Below, piece after piece: positions 22,206 to 31,435 of a DNA stretch of 64,000 nt. A program made the position numbers and the translations under genes. The stretch lies in NCBI GenBank assembly GCA_963799775.1, contig CAWCYD010000003.1, positions 1,696,001-1,760,000 of the forward strand. The letters are read 5' to 3'. The DNA is from an uncultured archaeon (GTDB lineage Archaea > Thermoproteota > Nitrososphaeria > Nitrososphaerales > Gagatemarchaeaceae). The notes beneath the pieces are model-generated. The model saw nothing but the letters and a program-made list of their open reading frames with translations, did not search any database and was not told where the DNA came from. Every line of letters starts with the position of its first letter. Position 1 is the stretch's first letter.

Positions 22206-22667
22206 TCAACGAGAGCTCATCTCGAACCCGATGACGTGTCTGTTCGCCTTGTCGTACCGGAACGCCGCGTCGAACTTCGCCCCCCTCAGCATCAAGGGCA
22301 ACCAGAACTGGTCGTCCTCCCACATCTCGTCATAGGGCGGGCCGTCGATTGAGAACCATCTGACAGGCCCCTCCTCACCCGACCTCACCCCTCCCTGAAT
22401 CTTCTTCGTCGAGAACAAGTGGGCCCTCATGAAGACCTCGGACTTGCCCTCCATCATGAAGGTCAGCACCCCGTGATAGAACAAGTTCGAGACGCGCAGG
22501 CCCGTCTCCTCCAGCACTTCGCGCTTCGCGCATTCCTCTGGGGTCTCTCCCGGCTCGCACTTGCCCCCGGGCGCGTTCCACTTGCCGATGCTTATCCCAC
22601 GTGTGGCCTTCTTCAGGAGGAACTTTCCGTCGCGGATGACATGGCATATCGTAGCCTCGATTACCAA
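22206..22667 (-). CDS. NUDIX hydrolase (8-oxo-dGTPase/MTH1-like)
   Basis: GKWNAPGGK.E.GE....AKREVLEETGL, MWEDD. Confidence 0.9.
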   Translation of the reverse strand: MVIEATICHVIRDGKFLLKKATRGISIGKWNAPGGKCEPGETPEECAKREVLEETGLRVSNLFYHGVLTFMMEGKSEVFMRAHLFSTKKIQGGVRSGEEGPVRWFSIDGPPYDEMWEDDQFWLPLMLRGAKFDAAFRYDKANRHVIGFEMSSR

Positions 22668-22728
22668 AGCGCTGTCGTTTGCCCGACGCGCCGACAGCGC
22701 ACGAAGATATTAAACCTGGATGACCTGA

Positions 22729-24877
22729 TTGTGGTCTACGAAAAGAGCGGCCTTCGTCGTCCTGTCGATCTGCCTACTCATGATGGCTCCGAGACTGGCC
22801 GCCGGGATTCAGCTTCAAGCCCATTCACCGGCCGCAGCCTCGCCAACGGCTGTCGATGGAGCCCGTCGGCCTGTCTTCACGCCTCAGGACGGATGCGCCG
22901 CGTCTGCGGCAGTAAGAATGGGGTGCGCGACAGGCGGTCAAGGAGGCTTTGGCAACCTGACGTATCATGGAGGACCAGTCATGCACTCGGTGACGAACTA
23001 CGCGATCTTCTGGCTGCCTCAAGGATATCACTTCGACACGCCCTCCATCGACGCCTCCTACTTGAACGCCAGCGACTCGGGCTACGAGGGCCTCGTGGGG
23101 CGATACCTGAGCGACCTCTCCGACACCGCGTACTACTCCATCCTCCAGCAATATCCCGACTCCGCCGGCCCAGCCGGGCTTGCGACGACGTTCGGCGGCT
23201 CGTGGGTCGACACGTCGCCGTATCCCAACTCCGAGGGAAGCCGCTCGAACCCTCTCCAGGATGGCGACATCCAGGCGGAAGTGACCAGGGCGATGAGCGC
23301 GAACGGCTGGTCGGCGAGAGATGGGAACAACACGTTCTTCGTGTTCACCGGCCAGAACGTATACAGCTGTGCCGGGAGCGAATGCTCGTACCAGGACTAC
23401 TGCTCGTATCACTCTGCCTTCGGGGCCGCGGACGGCGAGACGGTCACGTACGCGTACATACCCGATCCTGGGAATGCAGACGCCCTGCCCTGCCTAGCCA
23501 CAGCAGCGACCGGCCGTCTGGCCCCCAACGGCGCGGCTTTCGCAGACTCGGCTGTGAACCTGGTCGCGCACGAGGGCTTCGAGACGGTCACAGACCCTGC
23601 GTTCAACGGCTGGTACTACCAGGCACCTCCAGCACGAGATAGCTGACGAGTGCCTGTGGAAGTTCGGCGCCGTGGCTATCGATGGGAGCGACATCGTGCT
23701 CAACGGTCACAAGTACCTCCTTCAGGAGATGTGGAGCAATCAGGCCGGAGGCTGCTTCATCCCTTCCAACGTTCCAACGCTCCCCGTGGAGGTGAGCTAC
23801 CAGGTGAAGGGGACCAGCTCGCCTCTCAGTCCTCCGTTCTTCATCTACTGGTCGGGCGGCGTGCTGCGGGACGCGCAGCTCTCCACCGTCTCCCAGAAGC
23901 TCGACGTCGATCAGCTCAGCTCTTGGAACGTCACTAGCCTGCTCAGGGGCTCGACCGCGACCATTAGGTACCAGACGCCTCAGAGCACGACCGGCACGGT
24001 GAGGTCGGCCGAGTCGATCGCCTTTACCTATTACGAGCAAGACTTCGTAGACTTTGGATTCTCTGTAGTGGGCGGAGGCAGCGGATATTCGTCTCCTTCG
24101 ATAACTGTCATGCAGTTCGGCTATCCAGAGACCGTTGGGAGCTCGTCCCAATGGGTAGACGTCCAGTCGAGCTACAACTACGCAGACCCGCTCGTCGGCT
24201 CCGGACCGAACGAGAGATGGGAGTCCCAGTCTCCAATAGGGACTGTGACCTCGGCCGGGAACGTTAGCGTCGGATACCATCATCAGTATCTGGTCTCCTT
24301 CAAGGTCACTGATGCCTCCGGCTCGAAGACCTTGGCCCCCACATCGTTTGAGCTGCAATCATCGTCTCAGCCCAACGCCACACTTTCAGTTCAGGGAGAG
24401 ACGGCGTGGCTGGATGCAGGGAGCGCTTCCGTGGTCACCCAGGTGGTTTGGGAGGGAGTGAACGTAACGCCTTCGCCCCCAGGCAACATTGTCACAGTCG
24501 AGTCCCCCGGGGTGGTGACGATACCCGCAAGAGTCTACGATGCTACCCTCAAGGTAACGGATTGGCTTCGCTTCCCAGTCTCCGGGGCCACCGCGAACAT
24601 CCAGCTCGTGAATGGCACCTCATTGAGAGAGACCACGGGAAGCGACGGGGAGGTGACACTGATGTCTGTCCCTCTCGGGCGCTTCAACGCGACAATCTCC
24701 TATCTTGGTCTCTCGCAGAGGGTCGACGCCCAGGTGAGCTTGGGTAATGGGCAAGTGCCTGTGACCCTGTTCTCGAGCCTGCCAGACTTGGGCGGCATTG
24801 TTGCTTTGGTAGCGGTGGTCTCGGTCGCTTCCGCGTTCGTGGCCATGAGAAGAAGGAGAAGACCCTGGGTCTACTAG
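22729..24877 (+). CDS. Secreted membrane-anchored protein with Phi-1/EXORDIUM-like N-terminal domain (frameshift near 23635)
   Basis: Signal peptide, LTYHGGPVM, CSYHS, AHEGFETVTDP, GWY, EIADEC; C-terminal TM followed by RRRRR. Confidence 0.7.
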
Positions 24878-25962
24878 GCCCACTTGTCCAGCCTGGCGAG
24901 CTGCTCTTTCTCGCGCCTGAGACGCGAGACCCGAACCCCGACGAGCCGCACCGGCTTCTTCCTGTACTCGAACTCTTTCATGAGTTTGCGAGCCTCGTGC
25001 CTCAGGGCCTCTTCGCTGTCTGTGAAGCCGGTCAGGGTCGCCTCACGCGTGAATGTCTGGAACCCCTTGAAGCGGATCTTGATCCCCACGACCTTGAACT
25101 TCACGTTGGCGTCGCGCACTCTCTCGGCGAGCTCGCGGGCCTCGACGTCGACCTGGGCGTAGACGTGCCCAAAGTCTTCGACGTCCTCGCCAAACGTCCT
25201 CTCCACGCTCATCGACTTTAACATGTCCCTCTCGAAGACAGCCAGCTTCTCCTCGGCCTGGATGACCCCCCAGAGCCAGACCCCGGTCTTCCCGAACCAC
25301 TTCATGAGCTCCTGACCGGACATATTCTGAAGTTCCCCGATGGTCGCGATGCCCTTCTCCTTCAAGAACGCCTGGGTCTTTGGCCCCACCCCGGGGATGA
25401 CGGCGACAGGGAGCGGAGTGAGGAACCCCTTCGGATCGTCGAAGGGGACGACCGTCAGCCCGTCCGGTTTCTGCCTGTCAGACGCGATCTTCGCGAGCGA
25501 CTTGTTGGGGGCGACCCCGACGGAGCACGTTATCCCAAGCGTATCCCGTATGTCCTTCTTGATCACCACGGCGAACTCCTTTGCTTCCTCTACATTCTTG
25601 GTGCGGCTGGAGACGTCTAGGAAGGCCTCGTCGATCCCGGTCTGCTCGAACCTGTCGGCGTGCTTCCTCAGCAGGTCCATCACCTGCCCCGAGATCTCGC
25701 CGTAGCGCTCCCACCTCGGAGGGAGGTAGACGGCGTCGGGGGCGAGCCTGTACGCGGTCGAGATTGGCATGCCCGACTTGAGGCCGAGCTTCCTAGCCTC
25801 GTAAGAGGCGGTCATCACTACGCCTCGCGCCTTCCCGCCTGAGGGATCCGCGCCTACCACGACGGGGAGGCCTTTGAGGGAGGGGTTGTCCTTGACCTCG
25901 ACCGAGACGTAGAATGCGTTGAGGTCCACGTGGAGTATAGCCCTCCAAGCACTCTGCGACAT
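24874..25962 (-). CDS. dinB: DNA polymerase IV (Y family)
   Basis: HVDLNAFY, SYEARKLG, GIDEAFLD, NKSLAKIASD..KPDG, VRLVGVRV. Confidence 0.95.
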   Translation of the reverse strand: MSQSAWRAILHVDLNAFYVSVEVKDNPSLKGLPVVVGADPSGGKARGVVMTASYEARKLGLKSGMPISTAYRLAPDAVYLPPRWERYGEISGQVMDLLRKHADRFEQTGIDEAFLDVSSRTKNVEEAKEFAVVIKKDIRDTLGITCSVGVAPNKSLAKIASDRQKPDGLTVVPFDDPKGFLTPLPVAVIPGVGPKTQAFLKEKGIATIGELQNMSGQELMKWFGKTGVWLWGVIQAEEKLAVFERDMLKSMSVERTFGEDVEDFGHVYAQVDVEARELAERVRDANVKFKVVGIKIRFKGFQTFTREATLTGFTDSEEALRHEARKLMKEFEYRKKPVRLVGVRVSRLRREKEQLARLDKWA

Positions 25963-25972
25963 CTAAGAAACA

Positions 25973-26797
25973 CTACAGCGTGGCTTGGGTCGATTCCTTG
26001 CCCTTGCTCCAGTCGACCTCGATCATCCCGAGGAGCCTCCTGAACTCGTTGACGGACTCAGGCCCGAACCCCGCGAAATGGTTGTTGAAGAAGACGAAGG
26101 ACTCGTGGATGGATTTCCTCTTCTCCTTCAGCTCGGTGGCCCACTTCTCCATCTCGTCCCTCATCTCCTTCTGGATGCCGGTGAACTTCGTGATCTCGCG
26201 CGTGCCAACCATCCTGAGGTAGACGAAGTCCGCCGTCACCTCCGGAGGTGTCTCCAGGTACTGGTTGATCGACCACGCCATCGCGACGTTGTTCTTCTCC
26301 AAGAGCTTGTAGGTCTCGGGCGTGAACCAAGACTTGTGCCGGAACTCTATCGCGTGCCTGAACCTGGGCTCCAGCGAGGAGACGAACTTCTCCATGACCG
26401 CCTTGTGCTTCTCCACCTTGACAGACGGCGGGAGCTGGACGACAATCGGGCCTAGCTTGTCGCCAAGCTTGCTGAAGACGCTGTAGAAGTACAGGAGGGT
26501 GGACTCGAAGTTCTCGAGCTTGTTCTCGTGAGTGATCTTCTTCGGGAGTTTCGGGGAGAACGTGAAGCCTGGCGGGGTCACGCTCTTCCAGTGGCTCACC
26601 ATCGAGGGAGAAGGGATCCTGTAGAAGCTGGAGTCTACCTCGACGCAGTCGAAGACCCGGGAGTAGAGCTTGATGTAGTCCTTGGCGTCGGTGCCAGTTG
26701 GGTAGAAGGGGCCGACCCAGTCCTTGTACGACCAGCCGCTGGTGCCGATCCTGTACGCCTCTTCCTTGGACAAGGCGAGTCGAGCGACCCCCGTCAA
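25973..26797 (-). CDS. DUF72 (YecE) family protein
   Basis: IGTSGWSY..W...FYP, VEVDSSFY, QLPPS, EFRHKSW, FNNH. Confidence 0.92.
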   Translation of the reverse strand: MTGVARLALSKEEAYRIGTSGWSYKDWVGPFYPTGTDAKDYIKLYSRVFDCVEVDSSFYRIPSPSMVSHWKSVTPPGFTFSPKLPKKITHENKLENFESTLLYFYSVFSKLGDKLGPIVVQLPPSVKVEKHKAVMEKFVSSLEPRFRHAIEFRHKSWFTPETYKLLEKNNVAMAWSINQYLETPPEVTADFVYLRMVGTREITKFTGIQKEMRDEMEKWATELKEKRKSIHESFVFFNNHFAGFGPESVNEFRRLLGMIEVDWSKGKESTQATL

Positions 26798-26864
26798 CTA
26801 ATAAGGGTGGTCTCGGACTCTTTCAGACAGGGCCGGAAAGCCAGATATCCGCCCTCGCCAAGGG

Positions 26865-27107
26865 ATGGACCCGGTATTCGAAATGAAGTCGAGCAAGACA
26901 GGAGTGACGGTCACGATTCCGATGGACATCTGGCAGCCCCTGGCCGAGGTCCGCTCTCAGCTTGATGCCGCCTGCCCCGGCGCGCCGACTCCGGTGGAGG
27001 AGGTCCATCCGCGAGGTGATCTTGCACTACGAGCGGTGCCCGAACGCGCAGGACGAGACCGAGGCCTTCTGCGAGAGGGCGAAGGCCTGGAAGAAGCGCT
27101 GAGGCTA
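26865..27107 (+). CDS. Small hypothetical protein (probable frameshift near 27010)
   Basis: Host-like codons; AACP...YERCPN motif across frames. Confidence 0.45.
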
Positions 27108-27584
27108 GCTCAGCTTCACGAACTGCTGCTCGCCTGAGAGAGGGGAGACGACGACGGCCGTCCCGAACGCGATTATCTCGGTCATGCTCTGAGCCAGCTC
27201 CGTAGAGTCGAACATGATGCTGATCACAGCGTTGGCGCCCATGTCCTTGGCGTGAGCCGCGAGCCTGTCAAGGGCCTCTTGCCTCGCCTGGTGCGCGAGC
27301 TCCGTGTACTCCCTGATCTCTCCTCCCGCAAGCGTCCGGAGGCCTGCGACGAGGTTACCTCCAAGCCCTCGAGAACGCACTGTTATTCCGTAGACCATAC
27401 CTATCACCCTGTCTATCTTGTAGCCGGCTGCGTAGTTCGCGGTCAACATCATCATCGCCTGTCCGGAAGATGAAGCCGACGCCCCCATCTGTGGCCCCAT
27501 CATCTGCTGTTTCAGGTTGTTCCCGCAGAAAGGGCAGAAGGTGGAAGTGTCGTCGACAGTCTTCCCGCATTTCTGACAGATCAT
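27105..27584 (-). CDS. Zinc-ribbon + YbjQ/UPF0145 protein
   Basis: CQKCG..FCPFCG, GGEIREYT, GANAVI, AFGTAV. Confidence 0.9.
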   Translation of the reverse strand: MICQKCGKTVDDTSTFCPFCGNNLKQQMMGPQMGASASSSGQAMMMLTANYAAGYKIDRVIGMVYGITVRSRGLGGNLVAGLRTLAGGEIREYTELAHQARQEALDRLAAHAKDMGANAVISIMFDSTELAQSMTEIIAFGTAVVVSPLSGEQQFVKLS

Positions 27585-27656
27585 AGGCTGGAAGTGCGCA
27601 TCGTGAGTTCTATATTCCTTTGCAATTGAGATTATGGTAGCGACTTACGGCCCGTA

Positions 27657-28184
27657 TCAGACCAAGGCGGCGAGGACCAGTGACAGGCCCGAGATGACGA
27701 AGAGCCCGTTGAGGATCGGGTTGTCATAGCGCATGTGCGCGAGGGCGATGCGTCTCCTTCCAAAGAATATCCCGCCCTCTGTCAGCGCGTCGAGGAGCAG
27801 GTGGGAATACGCGAGGGTTGCGCCTAGTCCTACAGCGATGATGGCTTGAGACAGGCTCGTTTGCTGCCCGACGAGGAAGTCGTAGAGGTAAACAGAACCC
27901 AAGGCGACGGAAATGCCCCATATTGGTGCGGTGAAGACGGAGTGCGTCCAATAAGACCTGACGGCGTAGCCGTCTTTCGACCTGTGTCCCAGTATGTCGA
28001 TGAGCTTGTTGATCGAGACCGTCAGCCAGAAGACAAGGACGAGGCTAGGGAGAATCGGGAGTCGCCCGATCTGGCACGCGAGGTAGAGACCTAGCCCCAG
28101 AGAGAAGATGTCGTGGGTGACGGCCTTCACTGGAGAAGTGTTGTAGGTTTCGAGATTTAAGCCGCCATCTGCCCTGCGGGACAC
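27657..28184 (-). CDS. Membrane-bound metal-dependent hydrolase-like protein (DUF1286-like)
   Basis: THDIF, D.LGH, RS.WTHS, SHLLLDALTEGG. Confidence 0.75.
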   Translation of the reverse strand: MSRRADGGLNLETYNTSPVKAVTHDIFSLGLGLYLACQIGRLPILPSLVLVFWLTVSINKLIDILGHRSKDGYAVRSYWTHSVFTAPIWGISVALGSVYLYDFLVGQQTSLSQAIIAVGLGATLAYSHLLLDALTEGGIFFGRRRIALAHMRYDNPILNGLFVISGLSLVLAALV

Positions 28185-28212
28185 GATGGGATTCCGCGCA
28201 TGGAGATAGAGA

Positions 28213-28240
28213 GGGGCCGCGGGGGGGACTCGAACCCCGG
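28213..28240 (-). repeat. tRNA 3'-end-like fragment (T-arm + acceptor), copy 1
   Basis: Reverse complement CCGGGGTTCGAGTCCCCCCCGCGGCCCC; no D or anticodon arm. Confidence 0.7.
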
Positions 28241-28273
28241 CGATTTGACGTGGTACAGCGATGAATCCGGAAG

Positions 28274-28960
28274 CTAGTAGGTGAGATCTACGTATGAGCT
28301 CGAATAACTGCCACCCTCACCGCATCCATCGTTGACCCAAATTGTTCCGCTCCACGAGGGTGTTATACTTCCGGATGAATCACTTTGGGATATGGAGTCA
28401 AAATAAGTGGATCCGCTAGCGGGGTAATCTCCACATTCGTTATAGACGTTAAAATCCGCGGTCTCCAAGACGACATAACCCCAGTAAGGAAGGTTACTCG
28501 TATTGAAGCCGGCAGGACCGAAGGAGGCAGAGTAGTCGTAATCGCTATCATAGATGTTCGTGTCGTACGCGCATGTTATTGAATTGCAGCTAGTCTGAGT
28601 TATACTTCCATATACGGTGTCATACTCAGGAATACCGCATTGCGCCGTACCATAGTAGGCTTCACCCAAGTTCGAGTCTACAAACCAACTGTTGATGGCG
28701 TACGTTTGAATTCCCTGTCCATTGAAACAACCCGCAGTATTATCGTATGACGGCCCCCACTCCAACACGGGTTGCATCAGTCTTCCGTATCCCGTGCTGT
28801 TATCCATGATTCCAATCCATAAGAATATGGTCTGCCCGTCGTAGTCGCTTGGATAGGCGGGAGCCTCCCAGTTCGCTGAAAAGCCGGTCATATAATTAGA
28901 ACTGTAGTCCTCAGTTTGTTCAATCCATGTGGAGCCTGAAGGCCCCGTCCCCGGATGAAC
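28274..28960 (-). pseudogene. G1/A4 glutamic-peptidase-like secreted domain, 5'-truncated
   Basis: WIE..., FSANWEAP, FLWIGI, LMQPVLEWG, VVLET; frame is open upstream of the ATG but has no signal peptide. Confidence 0.55.
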
Positions 28961-29072
28961 GTATCACGAATTCATAGTTTCAAAATATTCTTTTTGCAAG
29001 AATGTACTGATTCGATTTCGTGTAACGATAATGGCTCAAGCAACGCATGCTTTTCTGCACTTGAGCAGATTT

Positions 29073-29540
29073 TCACGGAGGACACGTAGGAAGTGTAGAG
29101 ACTGTAGTTCGTGGGCTAACACAATAGGCCGTTGAGTTGTCGAACCAGACAGTGTACTGGATATTTGCCTGGCCTTGCTCCCCAACGTGCAAAGTCGCTG
29201 CATAATAGTATCTGTCTTGATACGCTAGAAGCGTGGCGTTTGATCGTGTGTTATTTGTATACAGTTCACAAGGAATTTTGAGTACTGTGCATGGCCAAGC
29301 CCCAGCAGTTCCAACCACGGTCGCATTCTGTTCTACTACTGTCCATGACGAGGAATTGCTCGTCCCAGTCGAAAGTTTAACGGTGTTACTCGTGTCTAGA
29401 CCGGACGATGCCACCTTGACATTACTCGAAAATCCAGACTCAATTACGAATCCGAATCCAAGCGTCGCGACCAAAGCAATCGTTGCCCCAATAATGATTT
29501 GCCTCTTATATTCGGACAACCCAATCCAACTGCTAATCAA
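29073..29540 (-). CDS. Membrane-anchored secreted protein with Cys-containing C-terminal module
   Basis: N-terminal TM, YTVWFDNST.YCVSP..TCP. Confidence 0.65.
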   Translation of the reverse strand: MISSWIGLSEYKRQIIIGATIALVATLGFGFVIESGFSSNVKVASSGLDTSNTVKLSTGTSNSSSWTVVEQNATVVGTAGAWPCTVLKIPCELYTNNTRSNATLLAYQDRYYYAATLHVGEQGQANIQYTVWFDNSTAYCVSPRTTVSTLPTCPP

Positions 29541-29607
29541 TTTCGAGCGATATAGCTCTATACATTAGCAATAAATTCCCTATAAAATTTTCGCGATCAT
29601 TTTCTTA

Positions 29608-29631
29608 GGGCCGGGGGGACTCGAACCCCGG
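29608..29631 (-). repeat. tRNA 3'-end-like fragment, copy 2
   Basis: Reverse complement CCGGGGTTCGAGTCCCCCCGGCCC; direct repeat of copy 1. Confidence 0.7.
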
Positions 29632-29685
29632 TCAAACCTAGTTACAATCTAAATATCGGCGCGAAAGACCCGTCGAAACCTTAGT

Positions 29686-29777
29686 GGCCCTGATAGTGCA
29701 GCCTGGTTAGCATAGAAGGCTGTGGCGGAGTAATCCGCAGATACCTTCCGACCCGCGTTCAAATCGCGGTCAGGGCC
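29686..29777 (+). tRNA. tRNA-His(GTG) with encoded G-1 and a 17-nt intron at 37/38 (29726-29742)
   Basis: Cloverleaf GCCCTGA/TCAGGGC, anticodon stem GAAGG/CCTTC, T-loop TTCAAAT, discriminator C. Confidence 0.93.
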
Positions 29778-30067
29778 CTCATCTCAACAATCAGCCCTTC
29801 GGCTTCACCTCGACCATTAGCGATTTCATCTCTCCGTTTTCGAGGGTCGAAAGGACGGCGCACCCAAATTCGGCCGCCCGTATACCAAAAATCCATCTTC
29901 AGTTTCCCAGTCATCTGCTCACCCAGTCGAACTATGGAGTCATTTCCCCCTTCGCCGGCTCGTTTTGGGTGTGCGTACTCCTGGGCGTTTCTAGACTCAG
30001 TACACGAACGAACGTGCGACCGGAATCTAGGTAAAATTGCCGCGCGGCAACATAAGAAAGTGACTTT

Positions 30068-31327
30068 CTATCTGACAATCTCAGAGCCGATTACGAGCAG
30101 CCACCCTGCGACGACCAGGTAGACGTCCCCATTCATAGTGTCAATCGAAGCTTCGAGATAGTTATGGTTAACGCCGGCCACAACTAAGATGGCTGTCGCC
30201 TCATAGGAATCTCCGATTATTATCGATGCAACGGAGCTATCATTGAAGCCAAACAAGTATAGGTTTCCCGAAACGGGATCGAATAATGGCAGTTGTCCAC
30301 CATGGCCCAGAGTTATTGTGGTTACGATAGAGTTCGTCACTCCCGATATGATGTAAATCGAGCCGTTTTTCAAATTAAGGCTAGATGCGTAAAGATCACC
30401 GTTAGTATAGTCTAGAACGGGCGTCGTGGGACCACGGCCGACACCCACTGTCGCGACGACGCTATTGTTCTTTCCATCAATGACCGAAATGTTGTCGCCC
30501 AGCAGCGGACCCTGGTCAGGGACGTAGATGTCCCCGTTAATGGGGTCAAAAAGCGGCGTCCATGGGAATGGGCCCACTGGCACAGTGGCTATCACGGTAC
30601 CTGCAAGTCCTGAAATCACGGAGACGGTATTACTAAACGGGTTGGAAACGTAGATGTCTCCGTTAATCGAGTCAAAAGCCGGAGTGACTGGATTATTGCC
30701 TACAGTTATCTCCGAGACTAACGAGTTTGTCGCCCCTGATATGACGGCGACAACATTCGATCCGTAAATGGGGACGTAGATGTCCCCGTTGGCAGGATCA
30801 AAGACTGGTGTGCGTGGACTCTCACCAACATAGATTGTGCCGATGACAGTGTTCGTATTGCCTGAAATGACTGAGACATTATCCATGCCTTGGTTCGAGA
30901 CATACAGGTCGCCGTTCATCGTGTCTAGTGCCGGCGTCGTAGCATTGCTACCCACAATCACGGTTGCGGCTAACGAGTTTGTGGCTCCCGAGATAACAAG
31001 GACTCTGCTGGATTGGTAATCAGATACATATATGTCTCCATTGAGAGGGTCAAAAAACGGTGGCTGCGGGTCAAGGCCCGCAGATATGTTAGCAATGACC
31101 GCCAAAGTCATTTGGGCGGTAGAATTCCCCGCAGATGATGTGTCCGATGCGAGTGTTTCTGTCAAAGTCGTCGTATTGTTATGATTCACGGTTACTGTGG
31201 CCCTGAACGAAGGCGCTGCCAGAAGAACAGATAGCGCGAGGCCGGCCGCTATGACACATGCCACCAATGCGTATGTAAAGCGCGAACTAGCAGAATGCGA
31301 TTGGCTTTGCAATTCGTCTTCAACCAA
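30068..31327 (-). CDS. YncE/YVTN-type beta-propeller repeat surface protein
   Basis: Repeats of P.FDP.NGDIYV...VSVISG.TN.V..TI.VG; N-terminal TM. Confidence 0.85.
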   Translation of the reverse strand: MVEDELQSQSHSASSRFTYALVACVIAAGLALSVLLAAPSFRATVTVNHNNTTTLTETLASDTSSAGNSTAQMTLAVIANISAGLDPQPPFFDPLNGDIYVSDYQSSRVLVISGATNSLAATVIVGSNATTPALDTMNGDLYVSNQGMDNVSVISGNTNTVIGTIYVGESPRTPVFDPANGDIYVPIYGSNVVAVISGATNSLVSEITVGNNPVTPAFDSINGDIYVSNPFSNTVSVISGLAGTVIATVPVGPFPWTPLFDPINGDIYVPDQGPLLGDNISVIDGKNNSVVATVGVGRGPTTPVLDYTNGDLYASSLNLKNGSIYIISGVTNSIVTTITLGHGGQLPLFDPVSGNLYLFGFNDSSVASIIIGDSYEATAILVVAGVNHNYLEASIDTMNGDVYLVVAGWLLVIGSEIVR

Positions 31328-31435
31328 TTAATCAGACAACGTGTCCCAAAAGCCATTAGTTTAAAACAGAAGCAAGCACCGTCAATGTGATGCTCTCCAT
31401 TTTATGATCTCGATGTCCATTGAATCGACTCCTTT

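Noticed and set aside
24874-26797. dinB-DUF72 adjacency
   Set aside because: Ordinary repair-associated genes with host composition.
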